Positions 13,799 to 26,623 of a stretch of DNA of 64,000 nucleotides are shown here, one piece after another. The stretch covers positions 496,001-560,000 of the forward strand of contig ML978134.1 of NCBI GenBank assembly GCA_010015805.1, in the 5' to 3' direction. This DNA comes from Rhizodiscina lignyota (Eukaryota). The notes beneath the pieces were generated by a model, which had not been told where the DNA came from, searched no databases, and worked only from the letters and a program-made list of their open reading frames with translations. Position 1 is the first letter of the stretch. The number at the start of each line of letters is the position of its first letter. The position numbers and the translations under genes are program-made.

Positions 13799-14199
13799 GC
13801 ACGCCTCACATTTCTTTTGTCTATTCACTCTCCGCACTTTGCAGGGGTTTACTTGGTACATCTGGGCAATGCCCGATGCGGGACGTTGGGTTCTTTACTT
13901 GTCCCCCGCAGACACACGATGCACATGAGTTGGCTATTTGTTCTCAGTCTCTGGTTTGATGATATACCCGGATATCGCTTATCTTTGTTTTTGGTTAAGG
14001 CTCCTCGCCGCCATGCGAGATGCATGGCTTCCTTCCATTCGTTGGAGGATGTGTTCTTCCATTTGGAACGAGCAATGTCTACGTAATCAAAGTCAGACGA
14101 CACTCTTGAAGCACATCGTCATCACGCCGTGCCATCTCACTCGTCATCGCTGTGCATCGCTATACCCAGTACCATCCCACCACTACCACCCCATCCTCT

Positions 14200-14883
14200 T
14201 CACTTCCCTTCTTTCGGCGCATCTCCCTGGTTCGCCGGCAGGGCCTTCTTTACCTCCTCCAACCTACTCATCGCATCATATACCCCGCTCACCCTCGGAA
14301 ATTCCGCTAGATCCACGCCGTACAGCACCGCATTCCACATCGCGCTCACAAGACATACATCTGCCATCGTGACCTGATCACCATAACAATACTTCCCCTC
14401 TTTCCCACTCTGCTCCATCATCTCCTCTACAGCACGCAGTCCCCGGGAAGTCCACTCCCGCGCGAAGCCCAGTCTATCCGCGCCCAGCTTCTCAACCGCA
14501 TTGAGAAGTCGCAGAGACGTCACAGGCTGCGTGTCCGAGACGATGAGGCCCACGATCGCTCTGACGAAGGCACGACCACCTATGTCCTCTTTCGGTGGGA
14601 GCAGTGATTTGCTGTCCGGAAAGGCTTCCTCGAGGTACTCGAGCGCGGCTTGGGATTGGCCGATCGATACATTGCGATCTGATGTGTGATCCACGAGCAG
14701 CGGGACGGTGCGTGAGGGGTTTAGTTTGGCATATTCTGGAGTCAAGTGCTCATCTTTGAATAGGTTGACAAAGATGGGCTTGTAGTCCAGGCCTTTGAGA
14801 TTAAGCGCGACGCGTATGCGACCAGCAGAGGTGGAGCGGAAGAAGGTGTGGAGGGTGAGCTGAGGGGACGTAGCGGTGGACAT
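14200..14883 (-). CDS. Maleylacetoacetate isomerase-like protein (GST zeta class)
   Basis: LHTFFRSTSAGRIRVALNLKGL, LNPSRTVPLL, QSQAALEYLEE, DTQPVTSLR and GDQVTMADVCL; C-terminal LPANQGDAP resembles the zeta-class HPxxQPD tail. Confidence 0.88.
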   Translation of the reverse strand: MSTATSPQLTLHTFFRSTSAGRIRVALNLKGLDYKPIFVNLFKDEHLTPEYAKLNPSRTVPLLVDHTSDRNVSIGQSQAALEYLEEAFPDSKSLLPPKEDIGGRAFVRAIVGLIVSDTQPVTSLRLLNAVEKLGADRLGFAREWTSRGLRAVEEMMEQSGKEGKYCYGDQVTMADVCLVSAMWNAVLYGVDLAEFPRVSGVYDAMSRLEEVKKALPANQGDAPKEGK

Positions 14884-16807
14884 GGTGAGAGATTGGCTGC
14901 GGGAAATACTTAGATTGAGTCGATCCTGAAATCTAATCCGGGATGCTTTGTATCCTAACTCTGAAATGCGAATTTGTCTGGATATGGATGTCGCTAATCC
15001 GCGCCTTTGCACGGTCGACATTGTGTCAAGTTGCGGCGACCTCGGGAATCTCATCCCGCCGTCGTGCGGTGTCTACTTTGTGTTGTCTTACATTTCGCCT
15101 CGGCGAGAAATGTTCGCGCTATCTTAGGTCTTTAACAGTCCCAAGCCGGCAATGATTCCATATCATCAGCTGCATGCGTTACGACATTCCTAAGAAAAAT
15201 TTAAGGTTAATCCTTTGCGGAGATTAGCTCCACCAACCTCGCCGCCCCCAAGAACTGCTCGACTAATCTGCTAAAAGTGGTGGCCACCATAACCACCGTG
15301 GCGAGCATAGAAAACTTTTTTGCTTAACATATCAAACGCATCGAGATGCATATAAGGCCCCAAGGTTGGAAATGTGTGACAAAGAGTAGCATGCCACCAT
15401 GCCGCTTTGGAGCGACAAATTTCTGAAAGACAGGATCAGATTGAGGACTGCGCGGCGAAGCGCGGCACTGCTGCGAATGTGATTGTAACTAAGTAGACAT
15501 CACTCAAATATATCGCATTTCCCGCGTCCTGAATAATTCCGATCCTGCACGAAGCATTCCGAAGTCCATGGCGCCGCTCCGAGATTCTCAAGCCCAAGAA
15601 TCCGTCCACGTCCACATTCAAAGATTCTGTCCGATATGTCAAATGTCTTTTCCATTAGAACAACAAATAGCACCACCTCCGCGACCGTACAGCGCACCGC
15701 CTTACGATAACTCCCAGTATCCTCACTGCCAGGCTGGGAATCCCGACTCGTCTTGCTGGAGGATCCGCCAGGCGTGGCGGCGCCGCTACACAAGTCAACT
15801 CTTGCAGCTTCTGGCTATATCGTCGAGTGAGACGTCGTCTCACAGTGGAAGGGCGGAGACATTATGAGATACACGACCGGTGATGGCTTTGTGGACAAGG
15901 GAGAAAACCGCACTTGAGGAGCGAGAATGGGAATAAGAATCGATGGTCGAGGATGACTGTGAGCTACACTGGCATCATTGGGGAGGCGGAAAGCAACAGA
16001 CAGAGATTTAAGAAACCGAGGGGATTGGAGAAGGAAGAATATAAGAGGATGGAGTTCCACTTCCTGGGTTCAGACGAGGGACAAATTGCTTAATGGCCTA
16101 GTACGGAGGCCGGTATAATGAATTTCATTGCAAAACAAAGACAGGGATGGGCGCAAATTCTTTTCGACTTAATGCTTTAGCATATTTCAGAAGTGTGCAT
16201 CAAATGCAATACTCTTATGGGTCCTGTGAGAGGCCGTGCACCTTCTGTCTGATGTATATTTGCATTTATTCGTGAACGTCTGTCAAGCGCTTGCTATACG
16301 ATAGGGGATGTAGAAGCATTTGGTGTGTCCGACTGCGCAGGCTCTCGTCTCATATTTTCGAAGGCATTTGACCAATTGAAAGTAAGAAGAGATGAAGGAA
16401 CATTGACTGGCCTGCTGGACGACGATCCTAGATCGATATTGCCAAGCCTTTTCACGTTCAAGCGCCACACTGGCTCCGAGCGTTTGTGGCTGCAGCCCCA
16501 CATCGCGACCACGAGCTTCACTCCCACTCTCCGCAGGAACAACGGGCGGGGGCATGAGCAGGACAGCAATCTTTGCGCGTGTCTTTGAATTAGGCAACAC
16601 TGCGCAAACACTCCGGAAGGTTATAAGATGATCTTCCTTCTTACCACAGCAGCAGACACTTCTCCTACACCACCAGCGGCTCCGAACTCTATCAGATAAC
16701 ATCGATCTCACCGGACACGCTTCACTTGCTCGCCCATTTTCTTCGGCAAAGCTTCGCGCATATCCAAGTTTCCTCCAAGAGCATTTGCAAACGCTCCAGA
16801 TACAATC

Positions 16808-17331
16808 ATGGAGTTCCTCCGAGGTTTTTGAATGTACCCAATAAGTCCCAAGAAATTGCTGAATTGACCACCTTTGCAGGCTACGCCGTCATCCTCCCCG
16901 CTCCTCTCCACGGCCCCTACAACGTGCTCGCCGCCATGTCGTATAAGCTGGGCTCGATCCTCTCCTCTCTCCTCTCGCACATCCAGCAGTCGCCCGACAT
17001 CGCCTCCATCGCGCTGCTGCTCATCCTGCTCTTCATCTCGCTCAAGATCGTCAACCTCCTCTTCCGAACAATCATGTTCTGGGTCGACCTGTTCTTCAAA
17101 ATCGCATTCTACGGCGGTCTCGCGGCGCTGGGTCTATGGGTGTGGAGCCGCGGCATCGATGGGGTGGAGGAGGATCTGAGTAACTTGGTGGGCATGTGGT
17201 CGGCTGAGTATCGCTTTTGGAAAGAGAGGGAGAAGATGGGCGTTCAGGGGATGTATGGTGGTCAGAGGGCGAGATACAATACTGTTGTTGGAGGAGGTGG
17301 TGGTGGTGGGCATGGCCGTTGGGGCTTGTAA
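16808..17331 (+). CDS. Apq12-like nuclear envelope membrane protein, 2 exons
   Basis: ATG 16808, intron 16824-16879; PDIASIALLLILLFISLKIVNLLFRTIMFWVDLFFKI two-TM segment resembles fungal Apq12-family proteins (from memory, not searched). Confidence 0.6.
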
Positions 17332-17520
17332 TGGCCGAACAGTGACGACGGTTGGAATAGGCACATCACATGCAGTTTGGCGCTTGATAGTATAGGAACG
17401 GCTCGTACGATGCTTGATATTTAGCAGAGGCGCATGGCCGTATCGAGGACTCCTGTCCTGTACGTTAAGCAAGGACGTACGTAAGAAGGATTATCTTCTT
17501 GCTTGTCAGCACAGGAGATT

Positions 17521-18796
17521 CTAAAGCTCATCCTTCACTTTCTCTTCTTCTACTTCTGCTCCAGGCCGTGCAGGTTCCTGAGTTCCTGATTTTCCCATCT
17601 CAATCAAGCCTCTCCGGACCATGCTAGTCAAGACCTCAAATCCCACCTGCGCAGCGGCAAGTGCGGTTGCTTCAGTGCTACCATCATACGCAGGGCTGAC
17701 TTCAACAATGTCAGCACCGACGACATTTAATGTCTCAATCCCTCTCAAGATGCGAATCAGTTCCCTAGTCGTCCAACCACCGGGCTCTGGAGTTCCAGTC
17801 CCAGGAGCCATTCCAGGATCAATGACATCGATATCAATGCTCAAGTACACGGGTACTTCCGTGCCAACACGGTCTAATATGGTATCAATGATGCCTTGTG
17901 TGCCCATAGTGTCAATGTCGTCCGTGGAAATACGTGCCCAGCCTTGCTGTGAGTCATCCTCGTAGTCATCCTCATCTACACCAGCCAGTCTGGTACGGAG
18001 GCCAGCATGAACAGAGGAGCCATTGGCGATCAGGCCTTCTTGACCAGCCATCCAAAACATGCTTCCATGGTTGAAGTCGGACTGCGTACGCTCATCGCCA
18101 ATCCATCCACTGGGATATTTGGTCGGCAGCCATGTATCCAGATGAGCATCAAAGTGGACGACAGATATCGGCTTTCCGTACACTTTTTCTAGAGCACGTA
18201 GAGCTGGCAGCGCGATGCTATGATCGCCGCCTAGCGTCAGGAGCTTGGGCTTGTGTAAATATACTGCCGACGAGGACTCTGCTTCCGGAGTCGGTGACCT
18301 TTGTCCCAATTCCACAAATGCCTCGCTCATCTGCCGCAGAGCCAGAGCATTGTCGAACGGAGTAACCGGGATGTCGCCACAATCGATGATCTTCGCCCAC
18401 GATTTGTATGGATTAAGATGGGCGCGAGCATTGTAGCCACGGAACGAAGTCTGGCGGCCAGTTGCGGCGCGGATTGCACGTGGGCCGAAGCGTGCGCCTG
18501 GCCGATAGCTGACGGCAGTGTCGAACGGTGCCCCCAAGATACCAATATCATATGTTTCGCCAGGTTGTGTCAAACAGCGGACATGAGGCAGATGAGCAAA
18601 AGTACTAATTCCAGAAAATCCCCACTACATGCTGCCTGATAAGCATAAATAGGATATAGAATTGGACGAAGACAGAACGTACGTCTATACCCCATTTCCC
18701 TTCGAGATCTTTCAATCGCTCTTCCGATGCCTCTTCATGTGAGTATGCTCCCTTTGCGAAGAGCGCTGATAAGGAACAGAAATGATAAAGTTTCAT
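17521..18796 (-). CDS. Agmatinase/guanidinobutyrase-like ureohydrolase (arginase family) with N-terminal hydrophobic leader
   Basis: GAPFDTAVSYRPGARFGP, LGGDHS, HFDAHLD, SIDIDVIDP, GTGTPEPGG and DIVEVSP motifs; 5' exon MKLYHFCSLSALFAKGAYS joined by an intron at about 18629-18682. Confidence 0.9.
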
Positions 18797-19375
18797 TATG
18801 TAACGGAAATGTTCTAGGAAATCATGGAGACTTTTACAATAGAGGAAGAGATTCAAAGCCTGAAGACAGTAATCAATTTGTTCGCTCAATCAATCTGGGA
18901 ATAGTCTTCTTGCTCTCAGATGTGGTCACGGAAGAAGGTCGAAAGTCACGCAGGCGTGGAATTACGGAACTAACCAGGCAGCGTTATCGGGGGTGCTGCA
19001 AGGTTTGCTCAGCATCCGCGATGATCCTTAATTGACATTACCTAAGTGTTGTTCACATGTCGAGTTTCCAGGTGATGAGGAGCACAATGCCGCTGATTGA
19101 ACAGTTTGATAGCAATCATTGTATAAGGAGGCGAATGAGGATGAGACGACGGCGCAAATTTCAAGATGAACGCCACGCCAAGCCAGCCATTTACATCACG
19201 TGCTGACGCGACAGCTCGCGCGTAAGATGACCTCGACCTGCACCTCGCGGAGTCACCGCCTCAATTCTTCTCTACCGCGTCTTTCACTCTCTGAGGCTGC
19301 CGCGTATTGAACAGAACGAAAAGGCGTATACATACAGTATTTACTTAGAGGTCTGGCAACCTCGATACTACCAAC

Positions 19376-20713
19376 ATGCCTGAGGTACGTCCACTTTACC
19401 ATTTTCTCCTTCTTGCGCTCTAACGAGCTCCAGATCGGTGAGGTCGCGCGTATCGTCCATTACCTCAAAAAGCATGTCGTCGGCCGCACAATTGCTGCCG
19501 TCAAAGTCCAAGATGACCCAATTGTCTATGGCAAAGTCGGCACCTCCGCGGCTGAGTTCAAATCCGCCATGACCGGCAAGAAAGTCGTTGGCGCTCGCCA
19601 ACAAGGCAAATACTTCTGGCTTGAGATGTCCGAGCCACCCCATCCGTTGATGCATTTGGGTATGACGGGCTGGATAAGGTTCAGCAACGATGACACCAGC
19701 TGGTATAAGGCACCGAAGAATAACGAAGAGGAATGGCCCCCACGGTTCTGGAAGTTCGTGCTAGAGATGGAAGGGAACCCAGAATGCCAGGTAGCATTCC
19801 TTGATGCAAGAAGGTTGGGGAGAATAAGGCTTGTGGACGCGAAGGCAGAAGAGATGAGGAACACAACTCCGCTGAAGGAGAACGGGCCAGATCCTGTGGT
19901 GGATAAGGATATTCTTACAGTGGAATGGCTGGGGGCAAAGATGAGGAAGAAAAAGGTACCCATCAAAGCACTGCTGCTGGATCAGGCAAACATCAGCGGA
20001 GTGGGCAATTGGGTTGGGTAAGACCATCGAAGAGTTTAAAGATGAAAGCTATATACTAATGAGCTACTAGAGACGAAGTGCTGTTTCAAGCAAGGATCCA
20101 TCCCGAGCAGTACAGCAATACATTCAGCGACGAGCAGGTGGAGCGCCTCCATGACAAGCTTATTGAAGTCTGTACCATAGCTTGCGAGACACTCGCCGAA
20201 TCTGACAGATTCCCCGAGGATTGGCTCATGAAGCATCGCTGGAAGAAGGGCAAGAAGGACAGCAGCACGCTGCCAACCGGTGAAAAGATTATTCATCTTA
20301 CTGTTGGTGGGAGGACGTCGGCGGTTGTTCCTAGCTTGCAAAAGAAGACCGGTGCTGTTGCTGGGGACGTCTCTGCGAGCCAAGTGAATGGCGCAGTTGA
20401 AGACGAAGAGGACGACACGGAAAAGAAGCCAAAGGCGACCAAGACTAAGAAAGGAGCGAAACGAGAGAAGGACGAAGATGATGTCGATGACACGACATCC
20501 GGCAAGAGAACGAAACGTGGCAAGGCAAAGACAGAGGATGCTGATGGAGAACTCGATGACACTGTGGGTACCCCAGCGTCCAAAAAACAGAAGAAAGCAA
20601 CAGCAGTTAAAGATGAGTCTGCAAAAATAGGCACACCCAAGGGAACGAAAGGCAGTAAAGCTGTTACGCCGGAATCCGGCCGGAGGCGCTCTGCTCGCGT
20701 GAGCAGCAAATAG
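19376..20713 (+). CDS. Formamidopyrimidine-DNA glycosylase (Fpg/Nei family), 3 exons
   Basis: 9-nt first exon ATG CCT GAG gives the catalytic M-P-E start; QGKYFW, HLGMTG, DARRLGRI and H2TH motif LLDQANISGVGNWVGDE; K/E-rich tail. Confidence 0.92.
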
Positions 20714-21313
20714 CCCCTCGTGGGCTAACTGTTCGGGTGTAGAGAGGGCTGTCTCTCTTCCAGGCTTTTTTATGTATTAGCACATCAGATATAATGATTC
20801 TTTGGTCTACGCTACAGACTCGTGGGACTTCGTAAGATACATGAATTCAATCAGGTTAAGGCTCTAGCCAAGCTCGTTCCTATAGGACGTGCCTGATATA
20901 GGGCAACGATTGACCCATGACACATCTGGTACAGTTGCTTACCCCGGATCTATGCCTCCAACTTAAGATGTGGCCTTGTGCGATGAATTATTGGGTGCTG
21001 GATTGATCGAATTGGTAGCTGAAGAAGCCAAGTAAGCCGAAGCTGATTGGGTGGAGCACTCTCGAACATCAAAATTGGAGCTTTCACCTCAAGCAAACTA
21101 CTCGGGACCTTGCAAAATCATACATCCTCCTACTGTTTAGTCGCCTTCATCTCTTCCAAGCGATGATCTCTTATACAGGATCTTCCACCATTGCCGAGAA
21201 TCTCTGAATCCCGATAACGATAGGCTCTTGCAGCTCCCACTCACCTTCGTTGCGTTCGTCACGTTCGTCCTACCCACAGCCCACCGTCCGCTGGGAGTGC
21301 GGCACCCATAAAG

Positions 21314-24025
21314 ATGCCCCAGCCATTGCCGCATAAAGAACAGAACCTGTTTCGCCAGGTCGTCAAATACTACGAAGCGAAGCAGTACAAGAAAGGTGAG
21401 CAATTTGCCCTGCGATGCTCGCACAAACTGATCCATCGCTAGCTCTCAAGGCGGCCGACCAAGTCCTCAAGAAAGCACCCAATCATGCCGACACGCAGGC
21501 TTTCAAAGCACTCACTCTCAATGCACAAGGACAGACGGAAGAAGCATTTGCGCTGGCAAAGATTGCTCTCAAAAATGACACCAAGTCGCACATCTGCTGG
21601 CATGTCTATGGACTGCTGTACCGAAGCGTCAAGAATCTTGAGGAGGCAATCAAAGCATACAAATTCGCATTGCGGTTAGAACCGGAGAGTCAGCAGATCC
21701 AACGGGACCTGGCATTCCTGCAGATACAGATGAGGGACTATCAGGGATACATCCAGAGCAGGAGGGCAATGCTGAATGCGCGGCCTCAGGTACGGCAGAA
21801 CTGGACAGGTCTGGCAGTGGCCTACCATCTATCTGGCGATCTACAATCCGCAGAGAATATGCTCAAGACGTACGAGGGCACGCTGAGGAGCCCACCCCCG
21901 CGATCAGACATTGAGCATTCGGAAGCTAGTTTGTACCGAAATGCGCTGATCGCGGAAATGGACGAGCCGGAAAGAGCGTTGGAGCATTTGGAGAGCATTG
22001 CGAAGAATAACCTGGATCGAACGGCGGTCATGGAGATGCGCGCAGATTACCTTCTGAGATTGGACAAGAAAGAGGAAGCGGAAAAGGCTTACAGGGCGTT
22101 GATAGAGCGGAACAACGAATATCGCTTGTATTATGAGCAACTGGAGAAGGCCCTGGGTCTTACTAGGACAGATTCTAGTTGTTTGCCGCAGCTTCTCGAG
22201 CTTTACGACTCGTATGCGAAGCAGAATGAGAGGTTAGATGCGGCGAGACGAATACCTCTAGACTTCCTCGAAGGTCAGTGAGCGAAAATCGTCGCATATG
22301 AACTCGTGTTAACATATCACAGGGGAACAATTCAAAACAGCCACCGACTCCTATCTCCGCCGACTGTTGACCAAGGGCGTTCCATCTACTTTCGCGAACA
22401 TCAAAGCTCTCTACCGCGATCCCTCAAAGCGAGACACCATCCATCAACTTGTCGAATCCTACTTTGCTGATGCCTCCTCCAATGGCTCGGCCGACAAATC
22501 TCAAGCTAATGGCGATGGCCACTCCGACCGCTTCAAGCAATTCGTTATCTACTTCCTTGCCCAGCATTATGATTATTACCTTTCTCGCGACCTCTCAAAA
22601 GCGATGAGCCTCATTGACCAAGCAATCGAACTTGATCCGAAATCAGTAGATTTCCACATGACCAAGGCTCGGATACACAAGCATCTTGGGGACTCTCAAA
22701 AGGCTGCCGAGATGATGAATGCTGCACGCCAATTAGACGAGCGAGACCGATACATCAACACCAAGTGTGCAAAGTATCAACTACGCAACCACGAGAACGA
22801 CTCCGCTATCCAGACCATGAGTAAATTCACGCGAAATGAGACCGTTGGTGGCCCCTTGGGTGACCTCCACGACATGCAGTGTATGTGGTACATCACGGAG
22901 GACGGTGATTCGTACTTACGTCAGGGCAAGCTCGCGCTGGCGCTCAAACGCTACACTGCTATCGCAGACATCTTCGACACCTGGACAGAAGACCAATTCG
23001 ACTTCCATGGTTTCTCGCTGAGGAAGGGCCAGGTAAGGAGCTACGTCGACATGGTAAAGTGGGAGGACCACCTCCGCGACCATCCTTTCTTCGCACGTGC
23101 GGGCTTGTCAGCAGTCAAGATATATATCATGCTTCATGACAACCCCGCGTTGAAGAAATCAGGCGGCAATATTAACCTCACAAACGGTATTGGTGCAGAA
23201 GACCTGGACAATCTGGACGCGGCAGAAAAAAAGAAGGCTCTGAAGAAGGCCAAGAGAGAGGCGGAAAGGGCTGAAAAGGCAGAGCAAGAGAGGAAAGAAG
23301 CAGAGGCGAGGAAGAATGCGGGCAAGAAGACTACTGGTGGAGACGGTGAACCAAAAAAGGAGGATCCGGACCCGCAGGGCTTGAAGCTTATCAAGACTGA
23401 GCAACCGCTCGAGGAGGCAATGAGATTCCTGGCACCAATGCTGGAATTCAGCCCGAAGAGAGTGGACGTACAGGTACTGGGCTGCGACGTATTCCTGCGA
23501 AGAAGTAAGCTTATCTAATCTGAGTGCACCTCGGACTTAAATACACGGACTAATTATCTCCCAGGCAAGCTCCTTCTCGCACTAAAATGTATTCGCGCAG
23601 CCGCAAGCATAGATCCAGAAGACGCAGGACTGCACGAGCAGATTGTGAACTTCAGAAAAGCGGTGGACAAGTCGCCACCTACAGACCCCAAACTCAAAGC
23701 GGTCCTTGACGCAACCGATGACCTTATCCCCGCCTCCAAGGATCTCGCCTCTTTCAACGATGCGTACCTGAAGAAGCACGCCGAAAGCGCAACGCAGGTC
23801 CGCGCAGGTTTGAATGTGAGGCATTTGCTGGACCCCAACTCGAAGAACCAGAATGAGAAGGACTTGATTGCTACGATTGGCCTGGATGGCACTGATCTTA
23901 CGTCTGCGCTGGAAGGCCTGGGATTGCTGAGCTACTGGAAGAGCGACAAGAGTGCGAGATCTGCGTACATGGAGAAGGCTAGGGCCAGATGGCCGGAGGC
24001 TACCGTGTTCAAGTCAAACGCGTGA
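21314..24025 (+). CDS. NAT1: NatA N-terminal acetyltransferase auxiliary subunit, 4 exons
   Basis: YEAKQYKK, SHICWHVYGL, TPR repeats, DRYINTKCAKY, LHDMQCMWY and EDQFDFHGFSLRKG; three canonical introns join the ORFs. Confidence 0.95.
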
Positions 24026-25747
24026 AAAAATGTCGTTTGACTTACCATCAAGCATGGAGGCCATGATTCGGACAACGCAAATGGGTTCATCAAAAGCTTG
24101 AAGTGGTTGAGATTTTTCGGCAACTAGCATAGCAGGACTTCTAGTTTCTCTGCGGCTTTTGACGCGCATGTACATTCTACAAATGTGTCGTTGACCAGTA
24201 GAAACAGATACTGAGAATGAAGCCCCTTTTAGACTTGGATATTATTCATCCCCTTGCTACCACTAGTGCTCACTGTGCTTTGTGCTTCACGAGACGTCTA
24301 CTGTCTTCATACTCCGAAATAACTTCGTGAGCTACAGAAACGACAGCGAGATACCTCTACTGATTACTGATATTCACGCATCCTTGTGTTTCCATCCTTT
24401 CCGGACAGCAGTCTTTTCGCAAATCACATCTGAATAAGCTAAATTAACATCTGCTTAATCATCTCTTCAAGGTCCGCTAGAGCTCCAGGTACTTAAAAAG
24501 AATATAGAGGGCCATCACAGAGCTTTTGAAGGAACTTCACAAACCCCTCCGACCACCGCCGACTTCATAATACGAGGCCCTCAATTAAGGATAGATATTA
24601 CTCTGTCCTTCTAACGACATATAAATATAAAGAGCCAGAAGAAAATAGTAGAGTTATAACTACTTAATATGTAAAGAGATAAAATCCCTACTCAGTTAAA
24701 GATAATGGTAGAGGCATTCGGGTTTGGTTTAGCGTCGATTTTCACCCCAGTTTTGAGGGGTTGAACTGGATTGTTTTAGTCAGATAAGAATGCGTGCGTC
24801 GTTAATAAGGATGTAAGAATGCTAATATTTTCCGTGCTTAGATAGGTTTAGTGCTACCTGACTAAATGCCTAAAACTGACCTCCAGCCTTGGTGTTGAAC
24901 GCTGTCAATTCGCATTTATCACGAATAAACGAGCACGCCGCGTCAATTATCGTGGCCTCGTCCTACCTACAGCGAGTACGAGACTAATAGCGATCTCTCG
25001 GGCTATTTTGGTGCCTTCGCTGTGTAATGGAGCACATGCGGCAGTATATTAGTATCTAGTATCCTCATCCACGATCCACTAGCTTAAACCTCTTCACGCA
25101 CTCCAACATCGCTATGCTATGTTCCAACTTGCTATGGGTTATTAAAATATGTCAGACTTCCCCGTCGCCATCATGCGATCCCGTACAGCCGCCGGCATTG
25201 CGTCTCACCGCCGGATTACGCAGCATCTTTCTCCATTTAAACCTTTAAAGTCATCCTAGGGTCTTTAAAACAACAGCATTGCCCACAATTTGAATTTCTC
25301 AGGCGCGAGCTGGGGTTGTACCAACCTCGAACCCTTTTCCCTATTTAGTTATTGTGCGAGTCCGTAGCTCTGGTTGGCCTGAGCGGTGCAGGTGGCGAAT
25401 TCCAATACAAGGGCTGAGTTTGTTGATCTGAGCGTATCATACAAACCCTAAGCCGTGGCAATGGCAATTGACATTGTGATACCCAGCGTCAATCAATTTC
25501 TGGACCCCATTAGATATATTGCGTGATTCGACATATCTAATCAACGTAGCAAAATTTTCCACGGCTCAGCTGTAGCCAATCTCCTGCCCTTTTTATGTAA
25601 ACGAAAGGGGGCTGTAAGGCTACAAGGTCTAAATTGAAATCGAGATAGAGACTGTAAGGGTGTAAGCGATCGTCGTTGGAACTATTGACACAACGAGAAC
25701 TTTTGCGAAAAGCGTTCAAGTCTATGTAAAAATGGCATTTGAATAAT

Positions 25748-26623
25748 TTACAGAACTCCGGTCTTGTTGCCTCCTCTTTTCTCTTCAGCCCAGTCAAAAA
25801 TGGCCTTGTAGTCGCGACATTCATGCGTTACACCCCATCCGTCCACCCCGTGATGCCCATTCGCGACCCATTCTAGACTCGTATCACCACAACACATCAG
25901 TGTTTGCCGAAGATAGTCAAAGCAGTGACGGAGATGGAAGTCATTTACATGACCATTTGGATCATTGGTGATATTGTTGAGGGCGTTGTAGTACCCTACG
26001 CGGATTATGTCCTGACTTCCAGTTAGAGTCCGTTCTCAGCTCCTTGAAATGTGACATACCAAGCAATGAATCTGATGGAAGACTGCGAGACCGGCTCGTT
26101 GTATATGGGACTCATTCTTAGCCGGATCGAACTCTGATCGCTCAAACATGATGAAGCCGCGACCGGCTGAAATGTCATTAGCGATCGTGTTTTACCATCT
26201 GTCTAATGGTATTAAAGACATACTAGGCATCATCGCCGCCCATGCATCGTTACTCTCGTTAGAAGGCGGGTCTGTGTAGATTTCGTGGAAACTGAACGTC
26301 TCGATCTTCTGCGGAACTGCGATGTTGTGAGTCACAAAATAGATACGCACGTGAAAAGGCGTGAGAACCGTACAAGAAGGGACGAATAATGGATGGCCGT
26401 CAGAGTCGGTTATGGTTATTCGAATTTTGATAACATTTGTGAAAAGGATGAGAGCGAGAAGGATAGCAGTTGCCACAAAAGCCCAGAGACCAAGGTTCCA
26501 CCTCCGAAAGATTGAATCTTTTCCTTCTTTCAATTCATGTCCCGTTGATTCACCCAAGAAAGGAACCTTTTCGATATCTTGTTCTTTGATTTCATCGCTG
26601 CCGCGAGGAGCAATTTGAGCCAT
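25748..26623 (-). CDS. DUF3328 / UstYa-like oxidase (fungal RiPP cyclase family), 4 exons, 237 aa
   Basis: Exons 26623-26374, 26316-26224, 26166-26060 and 26011-25748 with GT..AG introns of 57, 57 and 48 nt. Protein has an N-terminal TM (LGLWAFVATAILLALILF), NDAWAAMMPTGRGF, AVFHQIHCL, HLRHCFDYLRQTLMCCGDTSLE and GWGVTHECRDY, i.e. both HxxHC motifs and the typical C-terminus. Confidence 0.95.

Noticed and set aside
15400..16700. Short ORFs such as 15568-15867
   Set aside because: No family features or supporting gene structure.
25149..25730. Possible RIP-inactivated ORF downstream of the DUF3328 gene
   Set aside because: Stop density (about 9 in 190 codons) is what random sequence gives, and no motif was recognisable.
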